Shown: positions 35,992 through 44,878 of the stretch, one piece after another | How positions within the stretch are numbered: position 1 is the stretch's first letter | Layout of the letters: every line of letters starts with the position of its first letter | Origin: a virus | Direction: 5' to 3' (one strand) | Virus record (IMG/VR): IMGVR_UViG_3300037222_000100 | Span: 1 to 64,000 of that record | DNA length: 64,000 bases | The notes under the pieces: model-generated | Told to the model about the DNA's origin: nothing | Databases searched by the model: none | What the model saw: the letters and a program-made list of their open reading frames with translations, nothing else | Translations under genes and position numbers: made by a program

Positions 35992-36033
35992 GTGATTATC
36001 ATAATGCCTCGCATACGCGAGGGCAAAATTTTT
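35992..36033 (-). promoter_or_regulatory. Internal promoter/operator copy 2
   Basis: TTGCCC-17-TATGAT with CCTCGC/GCGAGG inverted repeat in spacer. Confidence 0.55.
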
Positions 36034-36037
36034 CAAG

Positions 36038-36086
36038 GACCCGGCCGCATACTCTGTCCATGGACGAGCAGAGGCGGGACCGGGCC
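36038..36086. repeat. ~49-nt hairpin repeat, copy 2
   Basis: See 34344-34391. Confidence 0.8.
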
Positions 36087-36093
36087 ACTACAG

Positions 36094-36171
36094 TGCCAGC
36101 GGAAGGAATCGAACCTTCTTGCCGAGGCCACGGGTTTACAATCCGCTATCACTCCATGTGATCTCGCTGGC
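36094..36171 (-). tRNA. tRNA-Tyr(GTA)
   Basis: Loop UUGUAAA; variable arm. Confidence 0.8.
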
Positions 36172-36367
36172 ATGCTAGTTGGGTCCTTGATCTCCGGGCG
36201 CGATCCGACGAGCAACTTGATCCCACGCCACTACGCGTTTCGGGATCATGCGGTATGGTTACCGCTGCACTCAAGGGGTTTGCCCCAACTTGGAAGGCGT
36301 TGAATATGTACGGTGCCTTCTGTGCCGTTCGACGGGGACTATAGCAGATGCTCTGCTTCCCGTCTAG

Positions 36368-36440
36368 AGCCCCGTTCGGGAGTCGAACCCGATGATCGCG
36401 CTTTAGAAGAGCGCTGCCTTTTCCGTTTGGCTTACGAGGC
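36368..36440 (-). tRNA. tRNA-Arg(TCT)
   Basis: Loop CUUCUAA. Confidence 0.9.
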
Positions 36441-36470
36441 GTAGCCGATGATAACACATCTCCCTGCTGA

Positions 36471-36507
36471 AACAACAAGAGCCCCGAAGATTTTCTTCGG
36501 AGCCCCT
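36471..36507 (-). terminator. Terminator-like hairpin in leader of RNA operon
   Basis: GGGGCTCCGAAGA/TCTTCGGGGCTC + TTGTTGTTT. Confidence 0.6.
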
Positions 36508-36608
36508 AGATTGGCCTACTTCTGGCGCGTCTAGGGACTAAGGGCCGACCGTTTCTCCGGCCTGCTTGGCGTGGTCATTCAGTTTGGGGGACAAATACAT
36601 CATCACGT

Positions 36609-36638
36609 ATTCTAGCACGGGGTCCCCCTTAGTTTCAA
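36609..36638 (-). promoter_or_regulatory. Sigma-A-type promoter heading the RNA operon
   Basis: TTGAAA-18-TAGAAT with extended TG. Confidence 0.65.
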
Positions 36639-36690
36639 GGGTCCTCGGCGAAAACTTTTGCCGAAACAATTCTGAGGCGAAAGTTTGGGC

Positions 36691-36879
36691 TCAGCCCTCG
36701 GCCCAATATCTCACGTAGCGCTCGCGAAGCTCCCCCTCGGAACGCACGTCCTGATACCCGGTGGCCTCATCGATCAGAGCGTCCATCCCGACCTTGGCTT
36801 GGGCCATTAGCTCGCGACGATTTGATGGCTCGCACCACTCGCAGTCGCAGCATTCTTCATGGGGCAGTGGCTCAGGCAC
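36691..36879 (-). CDS. Small protein with P63C-like ALIDEATGYQ motif
   Basis: CCDCEWC; GMDALIDEATGYQDVR. Confidence 0.45.
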   Translation of the reverse strand: MPEPLPHEECCDCEWCEPSNRRELMAQAKVGMDALIDEATGYQDVRSEGELRERYVRYWAEG

Positions 36880-37594
36880 CGTGCTCCTTACCCTTGTCGT
36901 CGCCCTTGATCGTCGCCTTGAAGAGGGAGTTGCTGTGCTTGTGGTAGAGGACGACACCCTCCGGGTCCATGAAGCCCGGTGCTGCTCGCGACCCATCATC
37001 CTCCAAGGATGCGAGCGCTCCGATCACCGCATCCACCGCGAAGGTATCAGCTTCCGCCAGAACGGGCACAACATGACAACACTTTGGTCGAGGATTGACG
37101 ATCACCGTCTCGCCAAATCCGTTCGCCTCCTCGTACTCGCCCCACCGGGAGACGTTGAAGAGGCTAAAGCGCTTCTCGTCCAAGCCATATTTGCGCTGGA
37201 TGCCAGAGCCCCACCACTCACCGAAGTGAACGCCGACTCCGAGGCCAGCCGCTAGCTTGTGTGCGTTCTCGCGGACCCACTTGGCAAAGCCGAAGTTGTC
37301 CTGCTCCGGGCTGATGACTTGCTTGCGCGACTGCGCGTAGACATACACGGGGTCCCATCCATCGAAATGTCCTTCGAAGGGGGCCTTGTTCACGACGATG
37401 CCAGGACCGACGATCTCGTCCGCACCGTAGCCGTACAGAGATGTCTCGCTGACAACGACCGCCGAGTTGGTGCCGTCGATCTTCTCCGTGATCACGATGG
37501 GACGGAAGAGCCTGCTGATCTTCGGGAACTCAGTGAAGGATGCCTCCGGAACGAAAGACTCCTCCGGGACGCGCACATGTGCCAGTCCGGTCAT
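36872..37594 (-). CDS. RNA ligase (Rnl2-like adenylyltransferase domain)
   Basis: TEKIDGTN motif I, QSRK, FGEWWG, LFN, PEGVV, FKATIK. Confidence 0.8.
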   Translation of the reverse strand: MTGLAHVRVPEESFVPEASFTEFPKISRLFRPIVITEKIDGTNSAVVVSETSLYGYGADEIVGPGIVVNKAPFEGHFDGWDPVYVYAQSRKQVISPEQDNFGFAKWVRENAHKLAAGLGVGVHFGEWWGSGIQRKYGLDEKRFSLFNVSRWGEYEEANGFGETVIVNPRPKCCHVVPVLAEADTFAVDAVIGALASLEDDGSRAAPGFMDPEGVVLYHKHSNSLFKATIKGDDKGKEHGA

Positions 37595-38112
37595 TCGCCT
37601 GCCTCCCAGGTCACGCCACACATACCCTCCTCGTCCTCAATCTGGAGGGTGTCGAGCAGAAGCCACTCAACTGCGATGCTTGCGGGCGTGACACAACTCT
37701 CTTCCTTCATGCGCTCCAGAACATCCTCTGGCGTTGGGTGCGCAGGTCCATCGCCTTCCGGCCAGATGTCATCCTCGCTCAGGACCACGGCCGGAAACTT
37801 GATCGCGAAGGTCCGTTCGTCAGGTACCCGACCCTCTACGCCCCGCGTCTCTAGCATGTCACGAAACGCTGCGACATGATCGGTGCTCTGATGGAGTCCG
37901 AAGGTATCCTCATCCTCCCCAAGCCCGATAGTCACCCGAGAGGGATCAGCGAGACGTTCAGTTGCCGTGATCAGCTTAGCCAGCACCGGACTGAGCTTCT
38001 TGATTCCCTCGTTCAGGAATCGACCGGCCTCCGGCTCGCATGACTCGCGCAACCTTGTGCGTGCCTCTCGCGCAAGCGCGAGGACATCGCCTCCTGCATC
38101 TTCGAGTGACAT
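37591..38112 (-). CDS. Hypothetical protein
   Basis: Operon packing. Confidence 0.55.
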   Translation of the reverse strand: MSLEDAGGDVLALAREARTRLRESCEPEAGRFLNEGIKKLSPVLAKLITATERLADPSRVTIGLGEDEDTFGLHQSTDHVAAFRDMLETRGVEGRVPDERTFAIKFPAVVLSEDDIWPEGDGPAHPTPEDVLERMKEESCVTPASIAVEWLLLDTLQIEDEEGMCGVTWEAGE

Positions 38113-38835
38113 CTACCGAACCTGGTCCACAAAACCAAGCTTGAGAGCGCTGTCGGCGCTCAGCCACCAGTCCTTACGGTTCCAGTTGCGCTTGATGAAT
38201 GCCTTCGTCGTTTTGTTGTTGATCGGCTGCGCACGCTCCGCAAAGATCGACAGGATGCGCTCGTGGAAGATGTCCACCAGCTTGATCCGGTCCTCGACCT
38301 CGCCGTAGGAACCAACGGCTCCGAATGACGCCTCGTGAATCAGGAGGATGGAGTTCTTTCCCATGATGCGGTTGTCCGCAGCCTGGAGGATGACTCCTGC
38401 CATCGATGCCGCCATGCCGAGAGTCACGATGTCGATCTCGTGTCCCTTCTGACGGAGGTCGCTGAGGAAATCGATGAGCGCGAAGCCCTCGACTACATCG
38501 CCTCCGGGAGAGTTGATCTGAATCTCGATGGCACAGCCAGGCGTCTGGCGTGTCCATGCGGTTAGCTGATCGATGCACGCCTTGACTGACGATTCACCGA
38601 CCGGCTGGTCGAACACGTAGACATGGTTGTGCGCGTTCTTTGCAAGCTCATCCTTCTCGACGCGCTGCTTTGCGCGGAGAACGATCTCCTGCTGCTCAGC
38701 CTCGGCTACCTGGACGCGTGTTTCAGCCTCGAAGAGCGTTGCCTGGGACTCTGCCGCCTGGGCCTCGGCCAAGAACTTCTTCTTCTCCTCCGCTGAGGGA
38801 GGACGACTTGTGGATGTTGCGGTGGAGCTTCCCAT
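38113..38835 (-). CDS. clpP: ClpP-like serine protease
   Basis: INSPGG, AASMA (Ser), LIHE (His), KDWWLSA..ALKLGFVD (Asp). Confidence 0.85.
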   Translation of the reverse strand: MGSSTATSTSRPPSAEEKKKFLAEAQAAESQATLFEAETRVQVAEAEQQEIVLRAKQRVEKDELAKNAHNHVYVFDQPVGESSVKACIDQLTAWTRQTPGCAIEIQINSPGGDVVEGFALIDFLSDLRQKGHEIDIVTLGMAASMAGVILQAADNRIMGKNSILLIHEASFGAVGSYGEVEDRIKLVDIFHERILSIFAERAQPINNKTTKAFIKRNWNRKDWWLSADSALKLGFVDQVR

Positions 38836-38972
38836 TCTCTTGCGCCTTCCTTTTCTCTTTCGGTGTTTGTCTACGGGTGCTGTGGCCGATTCTTTTGACT
38901 CCTCTGAAGGGGGCCAGCCAAGGAAACCAGTCTGACATGCTGCGCACTATAGCAGCTACGCGTCGCGTCCCA

Positions 38973-39212
38973 TCATGCTAGCGATACCGTCTTCATATGC
39001 GAGCGCTCTTGCTCACGAGTGCTGCGATCAGCGGTCGCCTTCTCTTGTGCCGCATCGATAGCCTGCGTTTCGGTATCCTCTGAGCCATCGCCGACCTTGA
39101 TGCTCTGCGACCAGCGCTCGCCCGCGCGCGTAGAGACGAAGACGTAGTAGTTCCATCGTCTGTTCTCAAGCTCGTACAACTTGACCTCGTAACGCAGGTT
39201 GTCGAGGCTCAT
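38973..39212 (-). CDS. Hypothetical protein
   Basis: ATGA overlap. Confidence 0.55.
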   Translation of the reverse strand: MSLDNLRYEVKLYELENRRWNYYVFVSTRAGERWSQSIKVGDGSEDTETQAIDAAQEKATADRSTREQERSHMKTVSLA

Positions 39213-39511
39213 GGCTTGAAGACCACCACACGATCATCAGGGTGCTTCGCGAGCTTCTTGTCGAGGCCGTCCCAACGGAAAGGCTGCTCGCGCGTCACGT
39301 AGAACGTCTCGCCGCGTGCAGTTGCGACTGCCTGCAAGGTATCCTCGCTCGCGGTGAAGTCGATGTCTCCGTACCAGACGGGACGACGATCCTTGTCGAA
39401 CAGACAAGCATTGAAGAAGCAACGATGGCCCTCCGGACATTGCTTCATGCCATTGATCATCCGACCGCTGTGTAGACCAGCTTCCTCTAGGTCCTGGTTG
39501 AGCGTGCTCAT
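39209..39511 (-). CDS. Hypothetical protein
   Basis: GRMI..FNA..WYGDID pattern; ATGA overlap. Confidence 0.6.
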   Translation of the reverse strand: MSTLNQDLEEAGLHSGRMINGMKQCPEGHRCFFNACLFDKDRRPVWYGDIDFTASEDTLQAVATARGETFYVTREQPFRWDGLDKKLAKHPDDRVVVFKP

Positions 39512-39706
39512 GATCCCGAGCCTCCATCCTTTCCACGCGGGTGGTTGATGGGCGGCTTGTCGAGCGCGATGGGGTTCGGAGGCAACGTACGATACGCGGG
39601 CGCGTAGTCGCGGTTGTCAAGGAAATGCTGCCACCCTGAGGAGTCTCGCCGGATGGGTTTTGCTGAAGTTTTCTTGGTCACCGCCGCGCAGTGTAGCACG
39701 TCGAGA

Positions 39707-41416
39707 CTAGACTCCGCAAGCGCCGCCTTTGCATGCATCATCGCGATTGTCATCGAAGGTCACGCCGGTCATCCCAACAGCGTGCTCATATGGCACGGCC
39801 TCAAGTGGCTGGCCTGCACGCGTGCCGTCCGGGTAGCAGGTGATGCCACGCAGACGGGGCAGGTACTCCATCAGCGTCTCGCCGAACTGCTTGACCTCCT
39901 GCTCGTCCGTAATCGCGTACGGAAGATTGATCGTGCTAGCGATAGCGTGATCCACGTACCCCTGAAGGTCGGCCTGGAAGCGCAGGCGGCGCTCGACGTT
40001 GTAGCTCAACGAGTAAGCATCCTCGATCTGATCCGGATCGATGCCCTTCTCCTCGATCAGATGATGAGCGATAGGGTCGATGACGTACTGGAACTTCCAA
40101 CGCATGTCCGTATCGAGAAAGCGTCGTTTGTAAGCCACGCAGAAGAGGGGCTCACAACCCGTCGTGGTTTCACCGATGATCCCGATGGTGCCAGTCGGAG
40201 CGATGGCCCGTGTCTTGATCGGTCGGCTCAGGTTGTGCTTGTCAGCCCACTCTGCCGCCGTGTCAGTCGAGCCCGCATAAACCTCTAGCCATTCACGTAG
40301 CTCAGGTACCATCTCGTAGCGATACCCGCGCACGAGAAGCCACTCGTGTAGACCCATGAGCCCGAGGCCGAGGCGTCGGTTCTTCTCGCGCGTTACTCGG
40401 ACCTCATCGTGGGGGATGTCAGAGTAGACGGTCCCCGCGATGAGGAAAAGGGTTGCGAGTCGAACGATCTCTCGGAACTCATCGAGCGTCTCAACGCGAG
40501 CCATGTTGATCGAGCCGAGGTTACAGACATCGCTGTCATCCGCACTCGTGATCTCGGTGCAGGCGTTGCGCAGGTTCTCGCCCTCGTTCTCGCCGCAGTC
40601 GATGGAGAAGCCGGGCTCTCCGTGCGCGACCATGTGGGCCGTCGCCTTCCAGTAGACCTCGTGCGCTAGGTCGTGGCGAGGATGCCCATCGTCGCGGTAC
40701 GCCTCGAAGAATTCGTCATCCAAGATGACCGATATGTTGGTCATGTCGAGCGGAGCCATCACGTCCTGGTCTTTGCCTTCTTCGACGGCCTGGCGCTTCA
40801 TGTCCTTCACGTAGTCCGGCCAATCCTTCTCCACGATCCACGAGAAGATGTCCGGGTGGTTCCAGTGAAGCCCTGCCCAGATCGCGGCGCGTCGATTGCC
40901 TCCGCCGATGATCCTACGAGCAGCGTCGTTGACCATGTTGGCTGGCGTGAGCGGGCCGGTCGCTATGCCGCCCGTCTTGCGGATGCGCGTTCCGTATGGG
41001 CGCACGTCGGAGTACACCACGCCGATGCCTCCACCCGAGGAAAGAGCCATGCCGCACTTGGGCAGTAGCTCTTGGAACCATCCCTCGCGCGAGTCGCGGC
41101 AACGATAGAGGAAGCAGTTGTTGGTCTGGTGGTACTGGCGTCCAGCTTGTGCAAGCTTGCGGCCTCCAGGGATGACGATGCGTTCGGTGATCAGTTGGAC
41201 GAGACGCCGGAACTCCCAGTCGTGATCCGTGTAGCCAAGTGCGCCAAGTTCATGTCGCACAACGCGATAGGACGTGTCCGGCCAAATCTCTGTCGGCTCC
41301 CCATCCTCGTCCTTCCACGAGTACTTGTCGAGGTACTGCTTGTGAGCCCACTCGCTCATCATATCTGCATCTGCAAATTCAAAACCCGCCTCGGCGGGTA
41401 GTAATGCTGCCTCCAT
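39707..41416 (-). CDS. nrdJ: Class II (B12-dependent) ribonucleotide reductase
   Basis: TNNC, GGGIG, NACTEI, VCNLGSIN, RRLGLG, IAPTGT, C-terminal CKGGAC. Confidence 0.9.
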   Translation of the reverse strand: MEAALLPAEAGFEFADADMMSEWAHKQYLDKYSWKDEDGEPTEIWPDTSYRVVRHELGALGYTDHDWEFRRLVQLITERIVIPGGRKLAQAGRQYHQTNNCFLYRCRDSREGWFQELLPKCGMALSSGGGIGVVYSDVRPYGTRIRKTGGIATGPLTPANMVNDAARRIIGGGNRRAAIWAGLHWNHPDIFSWIVEKDWPDYVKDMKRQAVEEGKDQDVMAPLDMTNISVILDDEFFEAYRDDGHPRHDLAHEVYWKATAHMVAHGEPGFSIDCGENEGENLRNACTEITSADDSDVCNLGSINMARVETLDEFREIVRLATLFLIAGTVYSDIPHDEVRVTREKNRRLGLGLMGLHEWLLVRGYRYEMVPELREWLEVYAGSTDTAAEWADKHNLSRPIKTRAIAPTGTIGIIGETTTGCEPLFCVAYKRRFLDTDMRWKFQYVIDPIAHHLIEEKGIDPDQIEDAYSLSYNVERRLRFQADLQGYVDHAIASTINLPYAITDEQEVKQFGETLMEYLPRLRGITCYPDGTRAGQPLEAVPYEHAVGMTGVTFDDNRDDACKGGACGV

Positions 41417-41713
41417 CTAGGTGCCTATCTGTCGTGATCCGGTGCCAGTTATCGTTCGCCCACCACGATAGCAACGTGGGTAGCTGGCCTGCTACCCCGG
41501 CACAAAAATCTGGAGGCAAGATCGGCCTGCTAATATCGCGCGCACGCCCGAAAACGCTTTGTATAGATAAGGACAGCAGCCTGAATTCCCATTGGTCCTC
41601 TCCCGAACTCGTGGCCCACCGCTCCACAAGACGGCCCTAGCTAGATTCTTCAGCCTGAACTAGGAAGACTCGCGATTCACGCGCGAAGCTAGGCTGCTAC
41701 ACTGTCGCTCGAA

Positions 41714-42028
41714 ATGTCGCTAATCATGACGCAGAGATGTCTTTCGGCCGAGCCTTGGTTCGTGGTCGAGGTTCTATCTCAGTTGAAGGAGGGGGTCGTT
41801 TACAAGGTCTTGGTTCCCTACCCTGATGATCCGATAGATGAACTCACTTGCGAATGTCCAGGCTTCGTTTTTCGAGGGGCGTGCAGACATCAGGATGAGG
41901 TCTTTGAGACGTTGTGTCGATGGACCTCAGTCGAGGGACCGGAGGCACAGACCGTTGACCAGAGACGCAAACACATCTGTCCTCGATGCGGTGGCGAGAC
42001 AAAGAGTGAGGCCGAGTGGGTGCTATAG
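41714..42028 (+). CDS. SWIM zinc-finger protein
   Basis: CECPGF..ACRH; CPRC; TGCTACACT upstream. Confidence 0.7.
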   Translation: MSLIMTQRCLSAEPWFVVEVLSQLKEGVVYKVLVPYPDDPIDELTCECPGFVFRGACRHQDEVFETLCRWTSVEGPEAQTVDQRRKHICPRCGGETKSEAEWVL

Positions 42029-42036
42029 TCGCAGCC

Positions 42037-42669
42037 ATGGACCTCGACACGATCACCACCAAACTAGGCAAGGTTTACCGCACCAGCAAGGACTCCGAAA
42101 AGGAACTCAAGGTTGAGAGACAGGAGTTCTTCAAGGCTTGCACGGAGGCCGTCGAAACCGATTACACGCTAGCCCAGAAGACGATCAAAATCCCTCCTCA
42201 TGGACAGGGAGATGTCGAGGCGTACATAGCAAAGTGGTATCCGGGTTGGCAGATCATTACTGCCAAGGCCAAGACGGCAGTGATCGAGGAGGACCCGGCG
42301 TATCAGAAGTTCATCCATGTCAACCTCACGGACGGTCAGGTCTACAACCGCAACGTCACGCAAGCAACCGACTCCTTGGATGACGAGTTGCTTCAGGCGA
42401 AAGACCCAACCCTATGGAATCGCATCACTCGACCTTCGATGGCGCGGTTCAATTGTCTCCTGGAATTCGAGGAGTGGGCCGATGATGAGGTCATCAAAGG
42501 ACGAGTCAAGGATTTCCTCGCGACGCAAGAAGAGAAGCGCGAACTCATCTCCCTCGATGAGCTATCCGAGAAGGATATCGATGCGTTGGCTGAGTACGTC
42601 GTGCCTGGTCCTTTGTCGCTCAAGCTAGAACCCGTCCGCAAAGCAAAGCCGAGTGAGTTGGATGGCTAG
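42037..42669 (+). CDS. Hypothetical protein
   Basis: ATG 7 nt after TGCTATAGT. Confidence 0.65.
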   Translation: MDLDTITTKLGKVYRTSKDSEKELKVERQEFFKACTEAVETDYTLAQKTIKIPPHGQGDVEAYIAKWYPGWQIITAKAKTAVIEEDPAYQKFIHVNLTDGQVYNRNVTQATDSLDDELLQAKDPTLWNRITRPSMARFNCLLEFEEWADDEVIKGRVKDFLATQEEKRELISLDELSEKDIDALAEYVVPGPLSLKLEPVRKAKPSELDG

Positions 42670-42672
42670 CTT

Positions 42673-42966
42673 GTGCGCACCACTACCCGCACAAACTGGC
42701 GATTCAGCTTCACAATTTCGGACCTGGGCCGCTTCCTATGCAAGAGCCCGGTCACATTGCGAGGATGGGAGAGCCGGGGATTCATTGCGATCCCTCGCGA
42801 CTCTTCTGGAGATCGAAGACTCACCACCGACGACATCAGACACATCTCAGAGCACGCCTACGCCAATCGACGCATCAGCAAGCATCGAGCAGAGCTAGTC
42901 GCTGCTACGATGACGATGGTCGAGATGATCGAGCACGAAAACAACCGGAAAGCCAAACAACGATGA
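42673..42966 (+). CDS. MerR-like HTH DNA-binding protein
   Basis: FTISDLGRFL..SPVTLRGWESRGFI..PRDSSGDRRLT. Confidence 0.75.
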   Translation: MRTTTRTNWRFSFTISDLGRFLCKSPVTLRGWESRGFIAIPRDSSGDRRLTTDDIRHISEHAYANRRISKHRAELVAATMTMVEMIEHENNRKAKQR

Positions 42967-43196
42967 ACGACGAGCGAGCGATGAAGATTTTCAGTGACGG
43001 GACCCGCTTCGGCACGAAGGTCTACGTGGTGGACGGGAAGCATCTGGTCGAGGTCCCGTACGTACAGCGCGTCTCTTGGGAGTTGGATGTCGAGACGGGC
43101 CTCGCTACAGCTACGCTTACATGCGTCAAAGTCGAAACAGATGTCGAGGTCGAGGTCGAGGGTAAGCGCGTCATTCACAACGAGGTCAGCCGATGA
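42963..43196 (+). CDS. Hypothetical protein
   Basis: ATGA overlaps on both sides. Confidence 0.55.
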   Translation: MNDERAMKIFSDGTRFGTKVYVVDGKHLVEVPYVQRVSWELDVETGLATATLTCVKVETDVEVEVEGKRVIHNEVSR

Positions 43197-43828
43197 AGAT
43201 CGCATTGCTAGGGGCACCGGGAGCAGGCAAGAGCACCTTTGCTACCAAGTTGGCCACCGCCCTTCGTGAGCAGAAAGGCGAGGTCAAACGACAGACGGTG
43301 AAGATCGTGGACAAGTACGTAGATCGTCTCATCAAGGACACGGGCTACGCCTACGGCATATTCGCTACCTATCCCCAGAACTTCCAAATCCTTTTTGAGC
43401 GCTGGAGTGCTGAACAACGAGCAGAAAACGCTGGGGCTGAGACGATCATCACCTGCGGCTCGTTGTACGAGACGGTCTTGTACACAGCGTTGCGGGTCAA
43501 CTCGAATGTCGCCCTCAAAGAGGACCAGGAGTTGATCGTACACGGGCGCGTAGCCATGGAAGCCCTTGGTATGATCGAGAAGGAGATCGCCGATCACGAC
43601 CTGCTCTTCTTCCTCCCGTACAGCGAGAAGACATTGGCTGTCAAGGGTCGCTCATATGACACGGTGATCAATGAGAAGATACCGGAGGTCGTCTCCGGAT
43701 ACTTCAAGAATCTCGTTGCGCTCGACGGAACTTCCAAGAAGAAAGTCAAGGATGCCCTCAGAACCATCGACGCTTATGCCGCGTGGGCGACCGAAGTCGC
43801 TTCCGCTGATGAGCAACCAGCAATTTGA
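43193..43828 (+). CDS. P-loop nucleotide kinase-like protein
   Basis: MKIALLGAPGAGKST. Confidence 0.7.
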   Translation: MKIALLGAPGAGKSTFATKLATALREQKGEVKRQTVKIVDKYVDRLIKDTGYAYGIFATYPQNFQILFERWSAEQRAENAGAETIITCGSLYETVLYTALRVNSNVALKEDQELIVHGRVAMEALGMIEKEIADHDLLFFLPYSEKTLAVKGRSYDTVINEKIPEVVSGYFKNLVALDGTSKKKVKDALRTIDAYAAWATEVASADEQPAI

Positions 43829-44600
43829 TGAAGTCGATACGCTGATTACAGCGTCTCCCACGAAGAAGAATGAATGCCCGACCTGCGGAGCCAAGGCCGT
43901 CGAAGTTGCTCCGGGCGTCACCCAATGGGCACCGAGTACCTACCGCCTCAACGGCGAGGAGCATCTCTGTAACTGTGAAGAACAGGAGACGCTGTTCCGA
44001 CACTACCTCCTAGCGCGCATCCCGCAGGAGTACATGACGCTCTCGTTGAAAGAGTACACGGGAGACAAGGCTGCTCTCAAGGTAGTGAAGAGCTACCTGG
44101 AGAACTGGTCCAACATGCGCAAGCATGGCCTGAGCCTGGGCTTCTATGGAGAGCAGGGCACAGGCAAGACCTTCCTCGCTACCTGGCTCGCGCGAGAGCT
44201 AATCAAGGCCGGTGAGTCTGTGTACTACGTCTACTTTCGCCAGGTCGTCAATACCTTTGAGCTACCGTACGAGGCGCGCAAGGATGTGGAGGATCGTCTA
44301 CGTGATTGCACCGTGCTAGTATTGGATGAGCTTACTCGACCGATCTCGGATGCGCAACGCGCGTTGTTCGGAGAGAAGTTCGAGGAGTTGATCCGGCACC
44401 GGAGCAACTACAACAAAGTCACGATGATCACAACGAACTTGACGCCGGATGAGCTTGGCAAGGTGTACCCGCGTACGTATTCCCTCTTGGCAGCCAAGGA
44501 GAAGCCCGTCAACGTCAATGGTGGCGACAAGCGTAGGGAAAGCATCGGAATGCTGAACATTGAACTAGCGGAGAACGGAGAGGTAAGGCCAATCACATGA
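43809..44600 (+). CDS. DnaC/IstB-like helicase loader
   Basis: CPTC..CNC; GEQGTGKT; LVLDEL; MITTN. Confidence 0.85.
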   Translation: MSNQQFDEVDTLITASPTKKNECPTCGAKAVEVAPGVTQWAPSTYRLNGEEHLCNCEEQETLFRHYLLARIPQEYMTLSLKEYTGDKAALKVVKSYLENWSNMRKHGLSLGFYGEQGTGKTFLATWLARELIKAGESVYYVYFRQVVNTFELPYEARKDVEDRLRDCTVLVLDELTRPISDAQRALFGEKFEELIRHRSNYNKVTMITTNLTPDELGKVYPRTYSLLAAKEKPVNVNGGDKRRESIGMLNIELAENGEVRPIT

Positions 44601-44878
44601 GCACCAAGGACGAACGGATACAAGAACTGAGTGCCGACCTGGACCAGGCCGAAGGCGAAAAGGAGGAAGGCGACCTCGCGTTGGCTCAAGCTGAGGCGGA
44701 GATCGAGTGCTGGCAGGAGGAGGTTGATCGACGTGACGAGGACAACGAAGTCATGAAGGACCTCGCTCACGCGTCTATCAATTTCGCTTACGCGATACAC
44801 AAAGCCGCGAACCACGCTCTTCAGCGCGAGCTACTCGATGCCTTCGGAGTGGAGCTAGCCGATGTTGATGAGGGCTAA
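44597..44878 (+). CDS. Coiled-coil hypothetical protein
   Basis: Operon packing. Confidence 0.55.
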   Translation: MSTKDERIQELSADLDQAEGEKEEGDLALAQAEAEIECWQEEVDRRDEDNEVMKDLAHASINFAYAIHKAANHALQRELLDAFGVELADVDEG

